Below, one piece after another: positions 1 to 15,000 of a stretch of DNA of 64,000 nt. Source of the DNA: Eledone cirrhosa (taxonomy: Eukaryota); NCBI GenBank assembly GCA_964016885.1, contig OZ024741.1, positions 2,232,001-2,296,000 of the forward strand, given 5' to 3'. The notes beneath the pieces are model-generated. The model searched no databases. It was not told the origin of the DNA and was given only the letters and a program-made list of their open reading frames with translations. The first letter of the stretch is position 1, and every line of letters begins with the position of its first letter. A program made the position numbers and the translations under genes.

Positions 1-3000
1 CTGTAATACTTGGTAGTACAGGTTTACTGTAATACTTGGTAGTACAGGTTTACTGTAATACTTGGTAGTACAGGTTTAGTGGAACACTTGGTAGTAGAGG
101 TTTAGTGTAATACTTGGTAGTACAGGTTTACTGTAATACTTGGTAGAAGAGGTTTAGTGTAACACTTGGTAGTAGAGGTTTAGTGTAACACTTGGTAGTA
201 GAGGTTTAGTGTAATACTTGGTATTAGAGGTTTAGTGTAATACTTGGTAGTACAGGTTTAGTGTAATACTTGGTAGTAGAGGTTTAGTGTAATACTTGGT
301 AGAACAGGTTTAGTGTAAAACTTGGTAGTACAGGTTTAGTGTAATACTTGGTAGTAGAGATTTAGTGTAATACTTGGTAGTAGAGGTTTAGTGTACTACT
401 TGGTAGAAGAGGTTTAGTGTAATACTTGGTAGTAGAGGTTTAGTGTACTACTTGGTATTAGAGGATTAGTGTAATACTTGGTAGTAGAGGTTTAGTGTAA
501 TACTAGGTACTAGAGGTTTAGTGTAATACTTGGTAGTAGAGGTTTACTGTAATAGTTGGTAGTACAGGTTTAGTGTAATACTTGATAGTAGAGGTTTACT
601 GTAATACTTGGTAGTAGAGATTTACGGTAATACTTGGTAGTAGAGGTTTACTGTAATAGTTGGTAGTACAGGTTTACTGTAATACTTGTTAGTAGAGGTT
701 TAATGTAATACTAGGTAGTACAGGTTTAGTGTAATACTTGGTAGTACAGGTTTAGTGTAACACTTGGTAGTAGAGGTTTAGTGTAATACTTGGTAGTAGA
801 TGTTTAGTGTAATACTTGGTAGTAGGGGTTTAGTGTAATACTTGGTAGTAGAGGTTTAGTGTAATACTTGGTAGTAGAGGTTTAGTGTAACACTTGGTAG
901 TACAGGTTTAGTGTAACACTTGGTAGTACAGGTTTACTGTAATACTTGGTAGTAGAAGTTTAGTGTAATACTTGGTAGTAGAGGTATAGTGTAATACTTG
1001 GTAGTACAGGTTTACTGTAACACTTGGTAGTACAGGTTTAGTGCAATACTTGGTAGTACAGGTTTAGTGTAATACTTGGTATTAGAGGTTTACAGTAATA
1101 CTTGGTAGTAGAGGTTTACTGTAATACTTGGTAGTACAGGTTTAGTGTAATACTTGGTAGTAGAGGTTTAGTGTAATACTTGGTAGTACAGGTTTAGTGT
1201 AATACTTGGTAGTAGAGGTTTAGTGTAATACTTGGTAGTAGAGGTTTAGTGTAATACTTGGTAGTACAGGTTTAGTGTAATACTTGGTATTAGAGGTTTA
1301 CAGTAATACTTGGTACTAGAGGTTTACTGTAATACTTGATAGTACAGGTTTAGTGTAATACTTGGTAGTAGAGGTTTACTGTAATACTTGGTAGTACAGG
1401 TTTAGTGTAATACTTGGTAGTAGAGATTTAGTGTAATAATTGAAAGTACAGGTTTACTGTAATACTTGGTAGTAGAGGTTTAGTGTAATACTTGGTAGTA
1501 GAGGTTTAGTGTAATACTTGGTAGTACAGGTTTACTGTAGTACTTGGTAGTACATGTTTACTGTAATATTTGGTAGTACAGGTTTAGTGTAATACTTGGT
1601 AGCACAGGTTTAGTGTAATACTTGGTAGTACAGGTTTAGTGTAATACTTGGTAGTAGAGGTTTAGTGTACTACTTGGTAGAAGAGGTTTAGTGTAATACT
1701 AGGTATTAGAGGTTTAGTGTAATACTTGGTAGTAGGGGTTTAGTGTAATACTTGGTAGTAGAGGTTTAGTGTAATACTTGGTAGTACAGGTTTAGTTTAA
1801 TACTTGGTAGTAGCGATTTACTGTAATACTTGGTAGTATAGGTTTAGTGTAATATTTGGTAGTAGAGGTTTAGCGTAATACTTGTTAGTAGGGGTTTAGT
1901 GTAATACTTGGTAGTAGAGGTTTAGTGTAATACTTGGTAGTAGCGATTTACTGTAATACTTGGTAGTATAGGTTTAGTGTAAAATTTGGTAGTACAGGTT
2001 TAGTGTAAAACTTGGTAGTAGAGGTTTAGTGTAATACTTGGTAGTAGCGATTTACTGTAATACTTGGTAGTTCAGGTTTAGTGTAAAACTTGGTAGTACA
2101 GGTTTAGTGTAAAACTTGGTAGTAGAGGTTTAGTGTAATACTTGGTAGTTCAGGTTTAGTGTAAAACTTGGTAGTACAGGTTTAGTGTAATACTTGGTAG
2201 TAGAGATTTAGTGTATTACTTGGTAGTATAGGTTTAGTGTAATACTTGGTAGTACATGTTTAGTGTAATACTTGGTAGTAGAGATTTGGTGTAATACTTG
2301 GTAGTACAGGTTTACTGTAATACTTGGTAGTACAGGTTTAGTGTAATACTTGGTAGGAGAGGTTTAGTGTAATACTTGGTAGTAGAGGTTTAGTGTAATA
2401 CTTGGTAGTAGAGGTTTACTGTAATACTTGGTAGTACAGGTTTAGTGTAGTACTTGGTAGTACAGGGTTACTGTAGTACTTGGTAGTACATGTTTACTGT
2501 AATATTTGGTAGTACAGGTTTAGTGTAATACTTAGTAGTACAGGTTTAGTGTAATACTTGGTAGTATAGGTTTACTGTAGTACTTGGTAGTACATGTTTA
2601 CTGTAATATTTGGTAGTACAGGTTTAGTGTAGTACTTGGTAGTACAGGGTAACTGTAGTACTTGGTAGCACAGGTTTAGTGTAATACTTGGTAGTACAGG
2701 TTTAGTGTAATACTTGGTAGTAGAGGTTTAGTGTAATACTTGGTAGCACAGGTTTAGTGTAATACTTGGTAGTACAGGTTTAGTGTAATACTTGGTAGTA
2801 CATGTTTAGTGTAATACTTGGTAGTACAGGTTTAGTGTAATACTTGGTAGTACAGGTTTAGTGTAATACTTGGTAGAAGAGGTTTAGTGTAATACTTGGT
2901 AGTAGGGGCTTAGTGTAATACTTGGTAGTAGAGGTTTAGTGTAATACTTGGTAGTAGCGATTTACTGTAATACTTGGTAGTAGAGGTTTAGTGTAATACT

Positions 3001-6000
3001 TGGTAGAACAGGTTTAGTGTAATACTTGGTAGTAGAGGTTTACTGTAATACTTGGTAGTAGAGGTTTAGTGTAATACTTGGTATTAGAGGTATAGTGTAA
3101 TACTTGGTAGAACAGGTTTAGTGTAATACTTGGTAGTACAGGTTTACTGTAATACTTGGTAGTAGAGGTTTAGTGTAATACTTGGTATTAGAGGTATAGT
3201 GTAATACTTGGTAGTACAGGTTTACTGTAACACTTGGTAGTACAGGTTTAGTGTAATACTTGGTAGTAGAGGTTTACTGTAATACTTGCTAGAACAGGTT
3301 TAGTGTAATACTTGGTAGTAGAGGTTTAGTGTAAAACTTGGTAGTAGAGGTTTAGTGTAATACTTGGTATTAGAGGTTTACTGTAACACTTGCTAGTACA
3401 GGTTTAGTGTAATACTTGGTAGTAGAGATTTAGTGGAATACTTGGTAGTACAGCTTTAGTGTAATACTTGGTAGTACAGGTTTAGTGTAATACTTGGTAG
3501 TAGAGGTTTAGTGTAATACTTGGTAGTAGAGGTTTAGTGTAATACTTGGTAGTACAGGTTTAGTGTAATACTTGGTATTAGAGGTTTACAGTAATACTGG
3601 ATAGTAGAGGTTTAGTGTAATACTTGGTAGTAGAGGTTTACTGTAATACTTGATAGTAGAGGTTTAGTGTAATACTTGGTAGTAGAGGTTTACAGTAATA
3701 CTTGATAGTAGAGGTTTAGTGTAATACTTGGTACTAGAGGTTTACTGTAATACTTGATAGTAGAGGTTTAGTGTAATACTTGGTAGTAGAGGTTTACTGT
3801 AATACTTGGTAGTACAGGTTTAGTGTAATACTTGGTAGTAGAGATTTAGTGTAATACTTGAAAGTACAGGTTTACTGTAATACTTGGTAGTACAGGTTTA
3901 GTGTAATACTTGGTAGTAGATGTTTAGTGTAATACTTAGTAGTAGAGGTTTACTGTAGTACTTGGTAGTACATGTTTACTGTAATACTTGGTAGTAGAGG
4001 TTTAGTGTAATACTTGGTAGTACAGGTTTAGTATAATACTTGGTAGTACAGGTTTAGTGTAATACTTGGTAGTACAGGTTTAGTGTAATACTTGGTAGTA
4101 CAGGTTTAGTGTAATACTTGGTAGTACAGGTTTAGTGTAATACTTGGTATTAGAGGTTTACAGTAATACTTGGTACTAGAGGTTTACTGTAATACTTGAT
4201 AGTAGAGGTTTAGTGTAATACTTGGTAGTACAGGTTTAGTGTAATACTTGGTAGTAGAGGTTTAGTGTAATACTTGGTACTAGAGGTTTAGTGTAATACT
4301 TGGTAGTAGAGGTTTAGTGTAATACTTGGTAGTAGAGGTTTAGTGTAATACTTTGTAGTACAGGTTTACAGTAATACTTGGTAGTAGAGGTTTAGTGTAA
4401 TACTTGGTAGTAGAGGTATAGTGTAATACTTGGTAGTACAGGTTTACTGTAACACTTGGTAGTACAGGTTTACTGTAATACTTGGCAGTAGAGGTTTACT
4501 GTAATACTTGGTAGAACAGGTTTAGTGTAATACTTGGTAGTAGAGGTTTACTGTAATACTTGGTAGTACAGGTTTAGTGTAATACTTGGTAGTAGAGGTT
4601 TAGTGTAATACTTGGTAGTAGAGGTTTAGTGTAATACTTGGTAGTACAGGTTTAGTGTAATACTTGGTATTAGAGGTTTACAGTAATACTTGGTACTAGA
4701 GGTTTACTGTAAAACTTGGTAGTACAGGTTTAGTGTAATACTTGGTATTAGAGGTTTAGTGTAATACTTGGTAGTACAGGTTTAGTGTAATACTTGGTAG
4801 TAGACGTTTAGTGTAATACTTGGTAGTAGAGGTTTAGTGTAATACTTGGTAGTACAGGTTTAGTGTAATACTTGGTAGTACAGGTTTAGTGTAATACTTG
4901 GTAGTACAGGTTTAGTGTAATACTTGGTATTAGAGGTTTACAGTAATACTTTGTACTAGAGGTTTACTGTAATACTTGATAGTACAGGTTTAGTGTAATA
5001 CTTGGTAGTAGAGGTTTACTGTAATACTTGGTAGTACAGGTTTAGTGTAATACTTGGTAGTAGAGATTTAGTGTAATACTTGAAAGTACAGGTTTACTGT
5101 AATACTTGGTAGTACAGGTTTAGTGTAATACTTGGTAGTAGAGGTTTAGTGTAATACTTGGTAGTAGAGGTTTACTTTAATACTTGGTAGTACAGGTTTA
5201 GTGTAATACTTGGTAGTACAGGTTTACTGTAGTACTTGGTAGTACATGTTTACTGTAGTATTTGGTAGTACAGGTTTAGTGTAATACTTGGTAGTACAGG
5301 TTTAGTGTAATACTTGGTAGTAGAGGTTTGGTGTAATACTGGGTAGTACAGGTTTAGTGTAATACTTGGTATTAGAGGTTTACAGTAATACTTGGTACTA
5401 GAGGTTTACTGTAATACTTGGTAGTACAGGTTTAGTGTAATACTTGGTAGTACAGGTTTAGTGTAATACTTGATAGTAAGGTTTACTGTAATACTAGGTA
5501 GTACAGGTTTACTGTAATACTTGGTAGTAGAGGTTTAGTGTAATAGTTGGTAGTACAGGTTTACTGTAATACTTGGTAGTAGAGGTTTAGTGTAATATTT
5601 GGTAGTAAAGGTTTAGTGTAATACTTGGTAGTCGAGGTTTAGTGTAATACTTGGTAGTACAGGTTTAATGTAATACTTGGTAGTACATGTTTACTGTAAG
5701 ACTTGGTAGTACAGGTTTACTGTAATACTTGGTAGTAGAGGTTTAGTGTAATACTTGGTAGTACAGGTTTACCATAATACTTGATAGTAGAGGTTTAGTG
5801 TAATACTTGGTAGTACAGGTTTAGTGTAATACTTGGTAGTACATGTTTACTGTAATACTTGGTAGTAGAGGTTTACTGTAATACTTGGTAGTACAGGTTT
5901 ACTGTAACACTTGGTAGTACAGGTTTACTGTAAAACTTGGTAATAGAGGTTTAGTGCAATACTTGGTAGTAGAGGTTTAGTGTAATACTTGGTATTAGAG

Positions 6001-9000
6001 GTTTAGTGTAATACTTGGTAGTACAGGTTTACTGTAATACTTGGTAGTAGAGGTTTACTGTAATACTTGGTATTAGAGGTTTAGTGTAATACTTGGTAGT
6101 ACAGGTTTACTGTAATACTTGGTAGTAGAGGTTTACTGTAATACTTGGTATTAGAGGTTTAATGTAATACTTGGGAGTACAGGCATACTGTAATAGTTGG
6201 TAGTAGAGATTTAGTGTAATACTTGGTAGTAGATGTTTAGTGTAATACTTGGTAGTAGAGGTTTTGTGTAGTATTTGGTAGTACAGGTTTACTGTAACAC
6301 TTGGTAGTACAGGTTTACTGTAATACTTGGTAGTACAGGTTTAGTGTAATACTTGGGAGTACAGGCATACTGTAATAGTTGGTAGTAGAGAATTAGTGTA
6401 ATACTTGGTAGTAGAGGTTATGTGTAGTACTTGGTAGTACAGGTTTACTGTAACACTTGGTAGTACAGGTTTAGTGTAATACTTGGTAGTACAGGTTTAG
6501 TGTAATACTTGGTAGTACAGGTTTACTGTAATACTTGGTAGTAGGGATTTAGTGTAATACTTGGTAGTACAGGTTTAGTGTAATACTAGGTAGTTCAGGT
6601 TTAGTGTAATACTTGGTAGTTGAGGTTTAGTGTAATACTTGGTAGTAGAGGTTTAGTGTAATACTTGGTAGTACAGGTTTAGTGTAATACTTGGTAGTAC
6701 AGGTTTAGTGTAATACTTGGTAGTACAGGTTTAGTGTAATACTTGATAGTACAGGTTTAGTGTAATACTTGGTAGTAGAGGTTTAGTGTAATACTTGGTA
6801 GTAGAGGTTTAGTGTAATACTTGGTAGTACAGGTTTAGTGTAATACTTGGTAGTAGAGGTTTAGTGTAATACTTGGTAGTAGAGGTTTAGTGTAATACTT
6901 GGTAGTAGAGGTTTAGTGTAATACTTGGTAGTAGAGGGTTAGTGTAATACTAGGTAGTACAGGTTTAGTGTAATACTTGAAAGTACAGGTTTACTGTAAT
7001 ACTTGATAGTAGAGGTTTAGTGTAACACTTGGTAGTACAGGTTTAGTGTAATACTTGGTAGTACATGTTTACTGTAATACTTGATAGTAGAGGTTTGGTG
7101 TAATACTTGGTAGTAGAGGTTTAGTGTAATACTTGGTAGTACAGGTTTACTGTAATACTTGATATTAGAGGTTTGGTGTAATACTTGGTAGTAGAGGTTT
7201 AGTGTAATACTAGGTAGTTCAGGTTTAGTGTAATACTTGGTAGTTGAGGTTTAGTGTAATACTTGGTAGTACAGCTTTAGTGTAATACTTGGTAGTACAG
7301 GTTTAGTGTAATACTTGGTAGTAGAGGTTTACTGTAATACTTGGTAGTAGAGGTTTAGTGTAATACTTGGTAGTAGAGGTTTACTGTAATACTTGGTAGT
7401 AGAGATTTAGTGGAACACTTGGTAGTAGAGGTTTAGTGTAATACTTGGTAGTACAGGTTTACTGTAACACGTGGTAGTACAGGTTTACTGTAAAACTTGG
7501 TAGTAGAGGTTTAGTGTAATACTTGGTAGTAGAGGTTTAGTGTAATACTTGGTAGTACAGGTTTAGTGTAATACTTGGTAGTAGAGGTTTACTGTAATAC
7601 TTGGTAGTAGAGGTTTAGTGTAATACTTGGTAGTAGAGGTTTAGTGTAATACTTGGTAGTAGACGTTTAGTGTAATACTTGGTAGTAGAGGTGTACTGTA
7701 ATACTTGGTAGTAGAGGTTTAGTGTAATACATGGTAGTAGAGGTTTAGTGTAATACTTGGTAGTACAGGTTTACTGTAATCTTTGGTATTATAGGTTTAG
7801 TGTAATACTTGGTAGTACAGGTTTACTGTAATACTTGGTAGTACAGGTTTACTGTAATACTTGGTAGTACAGGTTTACTGTAATACTTGGTGGTACAGGT
7901 TTACTGTAATCATTGGTATTATAGGTTTACTGTAATACTTGGTAGTACAGGTTTACTGTAATACTTGGTAGTACATGTTTACTGTAATACTTGGTAGTAC
8001 AGGTTTACTGTAATACTTGGTAGTACAGGTTTACTGTAATACTTGGTAGCACAGGTTTACTGTAATCTTTGGTATTATAGGTTTACTGTAATACTTGGTA
8101 GTACAGGTTTACTGTAATACTTGGTAGTACAGGTTTACTGTAATACTTGGTAGTACAGGTTTACTGTAATACTTGGTAGTACAGACATACTGTAATACTT
8201 GGTAGTACAGGTTTACTGTAATCTTTGGTAGTACAGGTTTAGTGGAATACTTGGTAGTAGAGGTTTAGTGTAATACTTGGTAGTAGAGGTTTAGTGTAGT
8301 ACTTGGTAGTACAGGTTTACTGTAATACTTGGTAGTAGAGGTTTACTGTAATACTTGGTAGTACAGGTTTAGTGTAATACTTGGTAGTACAGGTTTACTG
8401 TAATACTTGATAGTAGAGGTTTGGTGTAATACTTGTTAGTAGAGGTTTAATGTAATACTTGGTAGTACAGGTTTACTGTAATACTTGGTAGTAGAGGTTT
8501 AGTGTAGTACTTGGTAGTAGAGGTTTAGTGTAATACTTGGTAGTAGAGGTTTAGTGTAGTACTTGGTAGTACAGGTTTACTGTAATACTTGGTAGTAGAG
8601 GTTTACTGTAATACTTGGTAGTAGAGGTTAAGTGTAATACTTGTTAGTAGAGGTTTACTGTAATACTTGGTAGTACAGGTTTAGTGTAATACTTGGTAGT
8701 ACAGGTTTACTGTAATACTTGGTAGTAGAGGTTTAGTGTAATACTTGGTAGTACAGGTTTACTGTAATACTTGGTAGTACAGGTTTACTGTAATACTTGG
8801 TAGTACAGGTTTACTGTAATACTTGGTGGTACAGGTTTACTGTAATCATTGGTATTATAGGTTTACTGTAATACTTGGTAGTACAGGTTTAGTGTAATAC
8901 TTGGTAGTAGAGGTTTACAGTAATACTTGATAGTAGAGGTTTAGTGTAATACTTGGTACTAGAGGTTTACTGTAATACTTGATAGTAGAGGTTTAGTGTA

Positions 9001-12000
9001 ATACTTGGTAGTAGAGGTTTACTGTAATACTTGGTAGTACAGGTTTAGTGTAATACTTGGTAGTAGAGATTTAGTGTAATACTTGAAAGTACAGGTTTAC
9101 TGTAATACTTGGTAGTACAGGTTTAGTGTAATACTTGGTAGTAGAGGTTTAGTGTAATACTTAGTAGTAGAGGTTTACTGTAGTACTTGGTAGTACATGT
9201 TTACTGTAATACTTGGTAGTAGAGGTTTAGTGTAATACTTGGTAGTACAGGTTTAGTATAATACTTGGTAGTACAGGTTTAGTGTAATACTTGGTAGTAC
9301 AGGTTTAGTGTAATACTTGGTAGTACAGGTTTAGTGTAATACTTGGTAGTACAGGTTTAGTGTAATACTTGGTATTAGAGGTTTACAGTAATACTTGGTA
9401 CTAGAGGTTTACTGTAATACTTGATAGTAGAGGTTTAGTGTAATACTTGGTAGTACAGGTTTAGTGTAATACTTGGTAGTAGAGGTTTAGTGTAATACTT
9501 GGTACTAGAGGTTTAGTGTAATACTTGGTAGTAGAGGTTTAGTGTAATACTTGGTAGTAGAGGTTTAGTGTAATACTTTGTAGTACAGGTTTACAGTAAT
9601 ACTTGGTAGTAGAGGTTTAGTGTAATACTTGGTAGTAGAGGTATAGTGTAATACTTGGTAGTACAGGTTTACTGTAACACTTGGTAGTACAGGTTTACTG
9701 TAATACTTGGCAGTAGAGGTTTACTGTAATACTTGGTAGAACAGGTTTAGTGTAATACTTGGTAGTAGAGGTTTACTGTAATACTTGGTAGTACAGGTTT
9801 AGTGTAATACTTGGTAGTAGAGGTTTAGTGTAATACTTGGTAGTAGAGGTTTAGTGTAATACTTGGTAGTACAGGTTTAGTGTAATACTTGGTATTAGAG
9901 GTTTACAGTAATACTTGGTACTAGAGGTTTACTGTAAAACTTGGTAGTACAGGTTTAGTGTAATACTTGGTATTAGAGGTTTAGTGTAATACTTGGTAGT
10001 ACAGGTTTAGTGTAATACTTGGTAGTAGACGTTTAGTGTAATACTTGGTAGTAGAGGTTTAGTGTAATACTTGGTAGTACAGGTTTAGTGTAATACTTGG
10101 TAGTACAGGTTTAGTGTAATACTTGGTAGTACAGGTTTAGTGTAATACTTGGTATTAGAGGTTTACAGTAATACTTTGTACTAGAGGTTTACTGTAATAC
10201 TTGATAGTACAGGTTTAGTGTAATACTTGGTAGTAGAGGTTTACTGTAATACTTGGTAGTACAGGTTTAGTGTAATACTTGGTAGTAGAGATTTAGTGTA
10301 ATACTTGAAAGTACAGGTTTACTGTAATACTTGGTAGTACAGGTTTAGTGTAATACTTGGTAGTAGAGGTTTAGTGTAATACTTGGTAGTAGAGGTTTAC
10401 TTTAATACTTGGTAGTACAGGTTTAGTGTAATACTTGGTAGTACAGGTTTACTGTAGTACTTGGTAGTACATGTTTACTGTAGTATTTGGTAGTACAGGT
10501 TTAGTGTAATACTTGGTAGTACAGGTTTAGTGTAATACTTGGTAGTAGAGGTTTGGTGTAATACTGGGTAGTACAGGTTTAGTGTAATACTTGGTATTAG
10601 AGGTTTACAGTAATACTTGGTACTAGAGGTTTACTGTAATACTTGGTAGTACAGGTTTAGTGTAATACTTGGTAGTACAGGTTTAGTGTAATACTTGATA
10701 GTAAGGTTTACTGTAATACTTGGTAGTAGAGGTTTAGTGTAATAGTTGGTAGTACAGGTTTACTGTAATACTTGGTAGTAGAGGTTTAGTGTAATATTTG
10801 GTAGTAAAGGTTTAGTGTAATACTTGGTAGTCGAGGTTTAGTGTAATACTTGGTAGTACAGGTTTAATGTAATACTTGGTAGTACATGTTTACTGTAAGA
10901 CTTGGTAGTAGAGGTTTACTGTAATACTTGGTAGTACAGGTTTACTGTAATACTTGGTAGTAGAGGTTTAGTGTAATACTTGGTAGTACAGGTTTACCAT
11001 AATACTTGATAGTAGAGGTTTAGTGTAATACTTGGTAGTACAGGTTTAGTGTAATACTTGGTAGTACATGTTTACTGTAATACTTGGTAGTAGAGGTTTA
11101 CTGTAATACTTGGTAGTACAGGTTTACTGTAACACTTGGTAGTACAGGTTTACTGTAAAACTTGGTAATAGAGGTTTAGTGCAATACTTGGTAGTAGAGG
11201 TTTAGTGTAATACTTGGTATTAGAGGTTTAGTGTAATACTTGGTAGTACAGGTTTACTGTAATACTTGGTAGTAGAGGTTTACTGTAATACTTGGTATTA
11301 GAGGTTTAGTGTAATACTTGGTAGTACAGGTTTACTGTAATACTTGGTAGTAGAGGTTTACTGTAATACTTGGTATTAGAGGTTTAATGTAATACTTGGG
11401 AGTACAGGCATACTGTAATAGTTGGTAGTAGAGATTTAGTGTAATACTTGGTAGTAGATGTTTAGTGTAATACTTGGTAGTAGAGGTTTTGTGTAGTACT
11501 TGGTAGTACAGGTTTACTGTAACACTTGGTAGTACAGGTTTACTGTAATACTTGGTAGTACAGGTTTAGTGTAATACTTGGGAGTACAGGCATACTGTAA
11601 TAGTTGGTAGTAGAGAATTAGTGTAATACTTGGTAGTAGAGGTTATGTGTAGTACTTGGTAGTACAGGTTTACTGTAACACTTGGTAGTACAGGTTTAGT
11701 GTAATACTTGGTAGTACAGGTTTAGTGTAATACTTGGTAGTACAGGTTTACTGTAATACTTGGTAGTAGGGATTTAGTGTAATACTTGGTAGTACAGGTT
11801 TAGTGTAATACTAGGTAGTTCAGGTTTAGTGTAATACTTGGTAGTTGAGGTTTAGTGTAATACTTGGTAGTAGAGGTTTAGTGTAATACTTGGTAGTACA
11901 GGTTTAGTGTAATACTTGGTAGTACAGGTTTAGTGTAATACTTGGTAGTACAGGTTTAGTGTAATACTTGATAGTACAGGTTTAGTGTAATACTTGGTAG

Positions 12001-15000
12001 TAGAGGTTTAGTGTAATACTTGGTAGTAGAGGTTTAGTGTAATACTTGGTAGTACAGGTTTAGTGTAATACTTGGTAGTAGAGGTTTAGTGTAATACTTG
12101 GTAGTAGAGGTTTAGTGTAATACTTGGTAGTAGAGGTTTAGTGTAATACTTGGTAGTAGAGGGTTAGTGTAATACTAGGTAGTACAGGTTTAGTGTAATA
12201 CTTGATAGTAGAGGTTTGGTGTAATACTTGGTAGTAGAGGTTTAGTGTAATACTTGGTAGTACAGGTTTACTGTAATACTTGATATTAGAGGTTTGGTGT
12301 AATACTTGGTAGTAGAGGTTTAGTGTAATACTAGGTAGTTCAGGTTTAGTGTAATACTTGGTAGTTGAGGTTTAGTGTAATACTTGGTAGTACAGCTTTA
12401 GTGTAATACTTGGTAGTACAGGTTTAGTGTAATACTTGGTAGTACATGTTTACTGTAATACTTGGTAGTAGAGGTTTACTGTAATACTTGGTAGTAGAGA
12501 TTTAGTGGAACACTTGGTAGTAGAGGTTTAGTGTAATACTTGGTAGTACAGGTTTACTGTAACACGTGGTAGTACAGGTTTACTGTAAAACTTGGTAGTA
12601 GAGGTTTAGTGTAATACTTGGTAGTAGAGGTTTAGTGTAATACTTGGTAGTACAGGTTTAGTGTAATACTTGGTAGTAGAGGTTTACTGTAATACTTGGT
12701 AGTAGAGGTTTAGTGTAATACTTGGTAGTAGAGGTTTAGTGTAATACTTGGTAGTAGACGTTTAGTGTAATACTTGGTAGTAGAGGTGTACTGTAATACT
12801 TGGTAGTAGAGGTTTAGTGTAATACATGGTAGTAGAGGTTTAGTGTAATACTTGGTAGTACAGGTTTACTGTAATCTTTGGTATTATAGGTTTAGTGTAA
12901 TACTTGGTAGTACAGGTTTACTGTAATACTTGGTAGTACAGGTTTACTGTAATACTTGGTAGTACAGGTTTACTGTAATACTTGGTGGTACAGGTTTACT
13001 GTAATCATTGGTATTATAGGTTTACTGTAATACTTGGTAGTACAGGTTTACTGTAATACTTGGTAGTACATGTTTACTGTAATACTTGGTAGTACAGGTT
13101 TACTGTAATACTTGGTAGTACAGGTTTACTGTAATACTTGGTAGCACAGGTTTACTGTAATCTTTGGTATTATAGGTTTACTGTAATACTTGGTAGTACA
13201 GGTTTACTGTAATACTTGGTAGTACAGGTTTACTGTAATACTTGGTAGTACAGGTTTACTGTAATACTTGGTAGTACAGACATACTGTAATACTTGGTAG
13301 TACAGGTTTACTGTAATCTTTGGTAGTACAGGTTTAGTGGAATACTTGGTAGTAGAGGTTTAGTGTAATACTTGGTAGTAGAGGTTTAGTGTAGTACTTG
13401 GTAGTACAGGTTTACTGTAATACTTGGTAGTAGAGGTTTACTGTAATACTTGGTAGTACAGGTTTAGTGTAATACTTGGTAGTACAGGTTTACTGTAATA
13501 CTTGATAGTAGAGGTTTGGTGTAATACTTGTTAGTAGAGGTTTAATGTAATACTTGGTAGTACAGGTTTACTGTAATACTTGGTAGTAGAGGTTTAGTGT
13601 AGTACTTGGTAGTAGAGGTTTAGTGTAATACTTGGTAGTAGAGGTTTAGTGTAGTACTTGGTAGTACAGGTTTACTGTAATACTTGGTAGTAGAGGTTTA
13701 CTGTAATACTTGGTAGTAGAGGTTAAGTGTAATACTTGGTAGTAGAGGTTTACTGTAATACTTGGTAGTACAGGTTTAGTGTAATACTTGGTAGTACAGG
13801 TTTACTGTAATACTTGGTAGTAGAGGTTTAGTGTAATACTTGGTAGTACAGGTTTACTGTAATACTTGGTAGTACAGGTTTACTGTAATACTTGGTAGTA
13901 CAGGTTTACTGTAATACTTGGTGGTACAGGTTTACTGTAATCATTGGTATTATAGGTTTACTGTAATACTTGGTAGTACAGGTTTACTGTAATACTTGGT
14001 AGTACATGTTTACTGTAATACTTGGTAGTACAGGTTTACTGTAATACTTGGTAGTACAGGTTTACTGTAATACTTGGTAGCACAGGTTTACTGTAATCTT
14101 TGGTATTATAGGTTTACTGTAATACTTGGTAGTACAGGTTTACTGTAATACTTGGTAGTACAGGTTTACTGTAATACTTGGTAGTACAGGTTTACTGTAA
14201 TACTTGGTAGTACAGACATACTGTAATACTTGGTAGTACAGGTTTACTGTAATCTTTGGTAGTACAGGTTTAGTGGAATACTTGGTAGTAGAGGTTTAGT
14301 GTAATACTTGGTAGTAGAGGTTTAGTGTAGTACTTGGTAGTACAGGTTTACTGTAATACTTGGTAGTAGAGGTTTACTGTAATACTTGGTAGTACAGGTT
14401 TAGTGTAATACTTGGTAGTACAGGTTTACTGTAATACTTGATAGTAGAGGTTTGGTGTAATACTTGTTAGTAGAGGTTTAATGTAATACTTGGTAGTACA
14501 GGTTTACTGTAATACTTGGTAGTAGAGGTTTAGTGTAGTACTTGGTAGTAGAGGTTTAGTGTAATACTTGGTAGTAGAGGTTTAGTGTAGTACTTGGTAG
14601 TACAGGTTTACTGTAATACTTGGTAGTAGAGGTTTACTGTAATACTTGGTAGTAGAGGTTAAGTGTAATACTTGGTAGTAGAGGTTTACTGTAATACTTG
14701 GTAATACAGGTTTAGTGTAATACTTGGTAGTACAGGTTTACTGTAATACTTGGTAGTAGAGGTTTAGTGTAATACTTGGTAGTACAGGTTTAGTGTAATA
14801 CTTGGTAGTACAGGTTTACTGTAATACTTGGTAGTAGAGGTTTAGTGTAATACTTGGTAGTAGAGGTTAAGTGTAATACTTGGTAGTAGAGGTTTACAGT
14901 AATACTTGATAGTAGAGGTTTAGTGTAATACTTGGTAGTACAGGTTTACTGTAATACTTGATAGTAGAGGTTTGGTGTAATACTTGTTAGTAGAGGTTTA

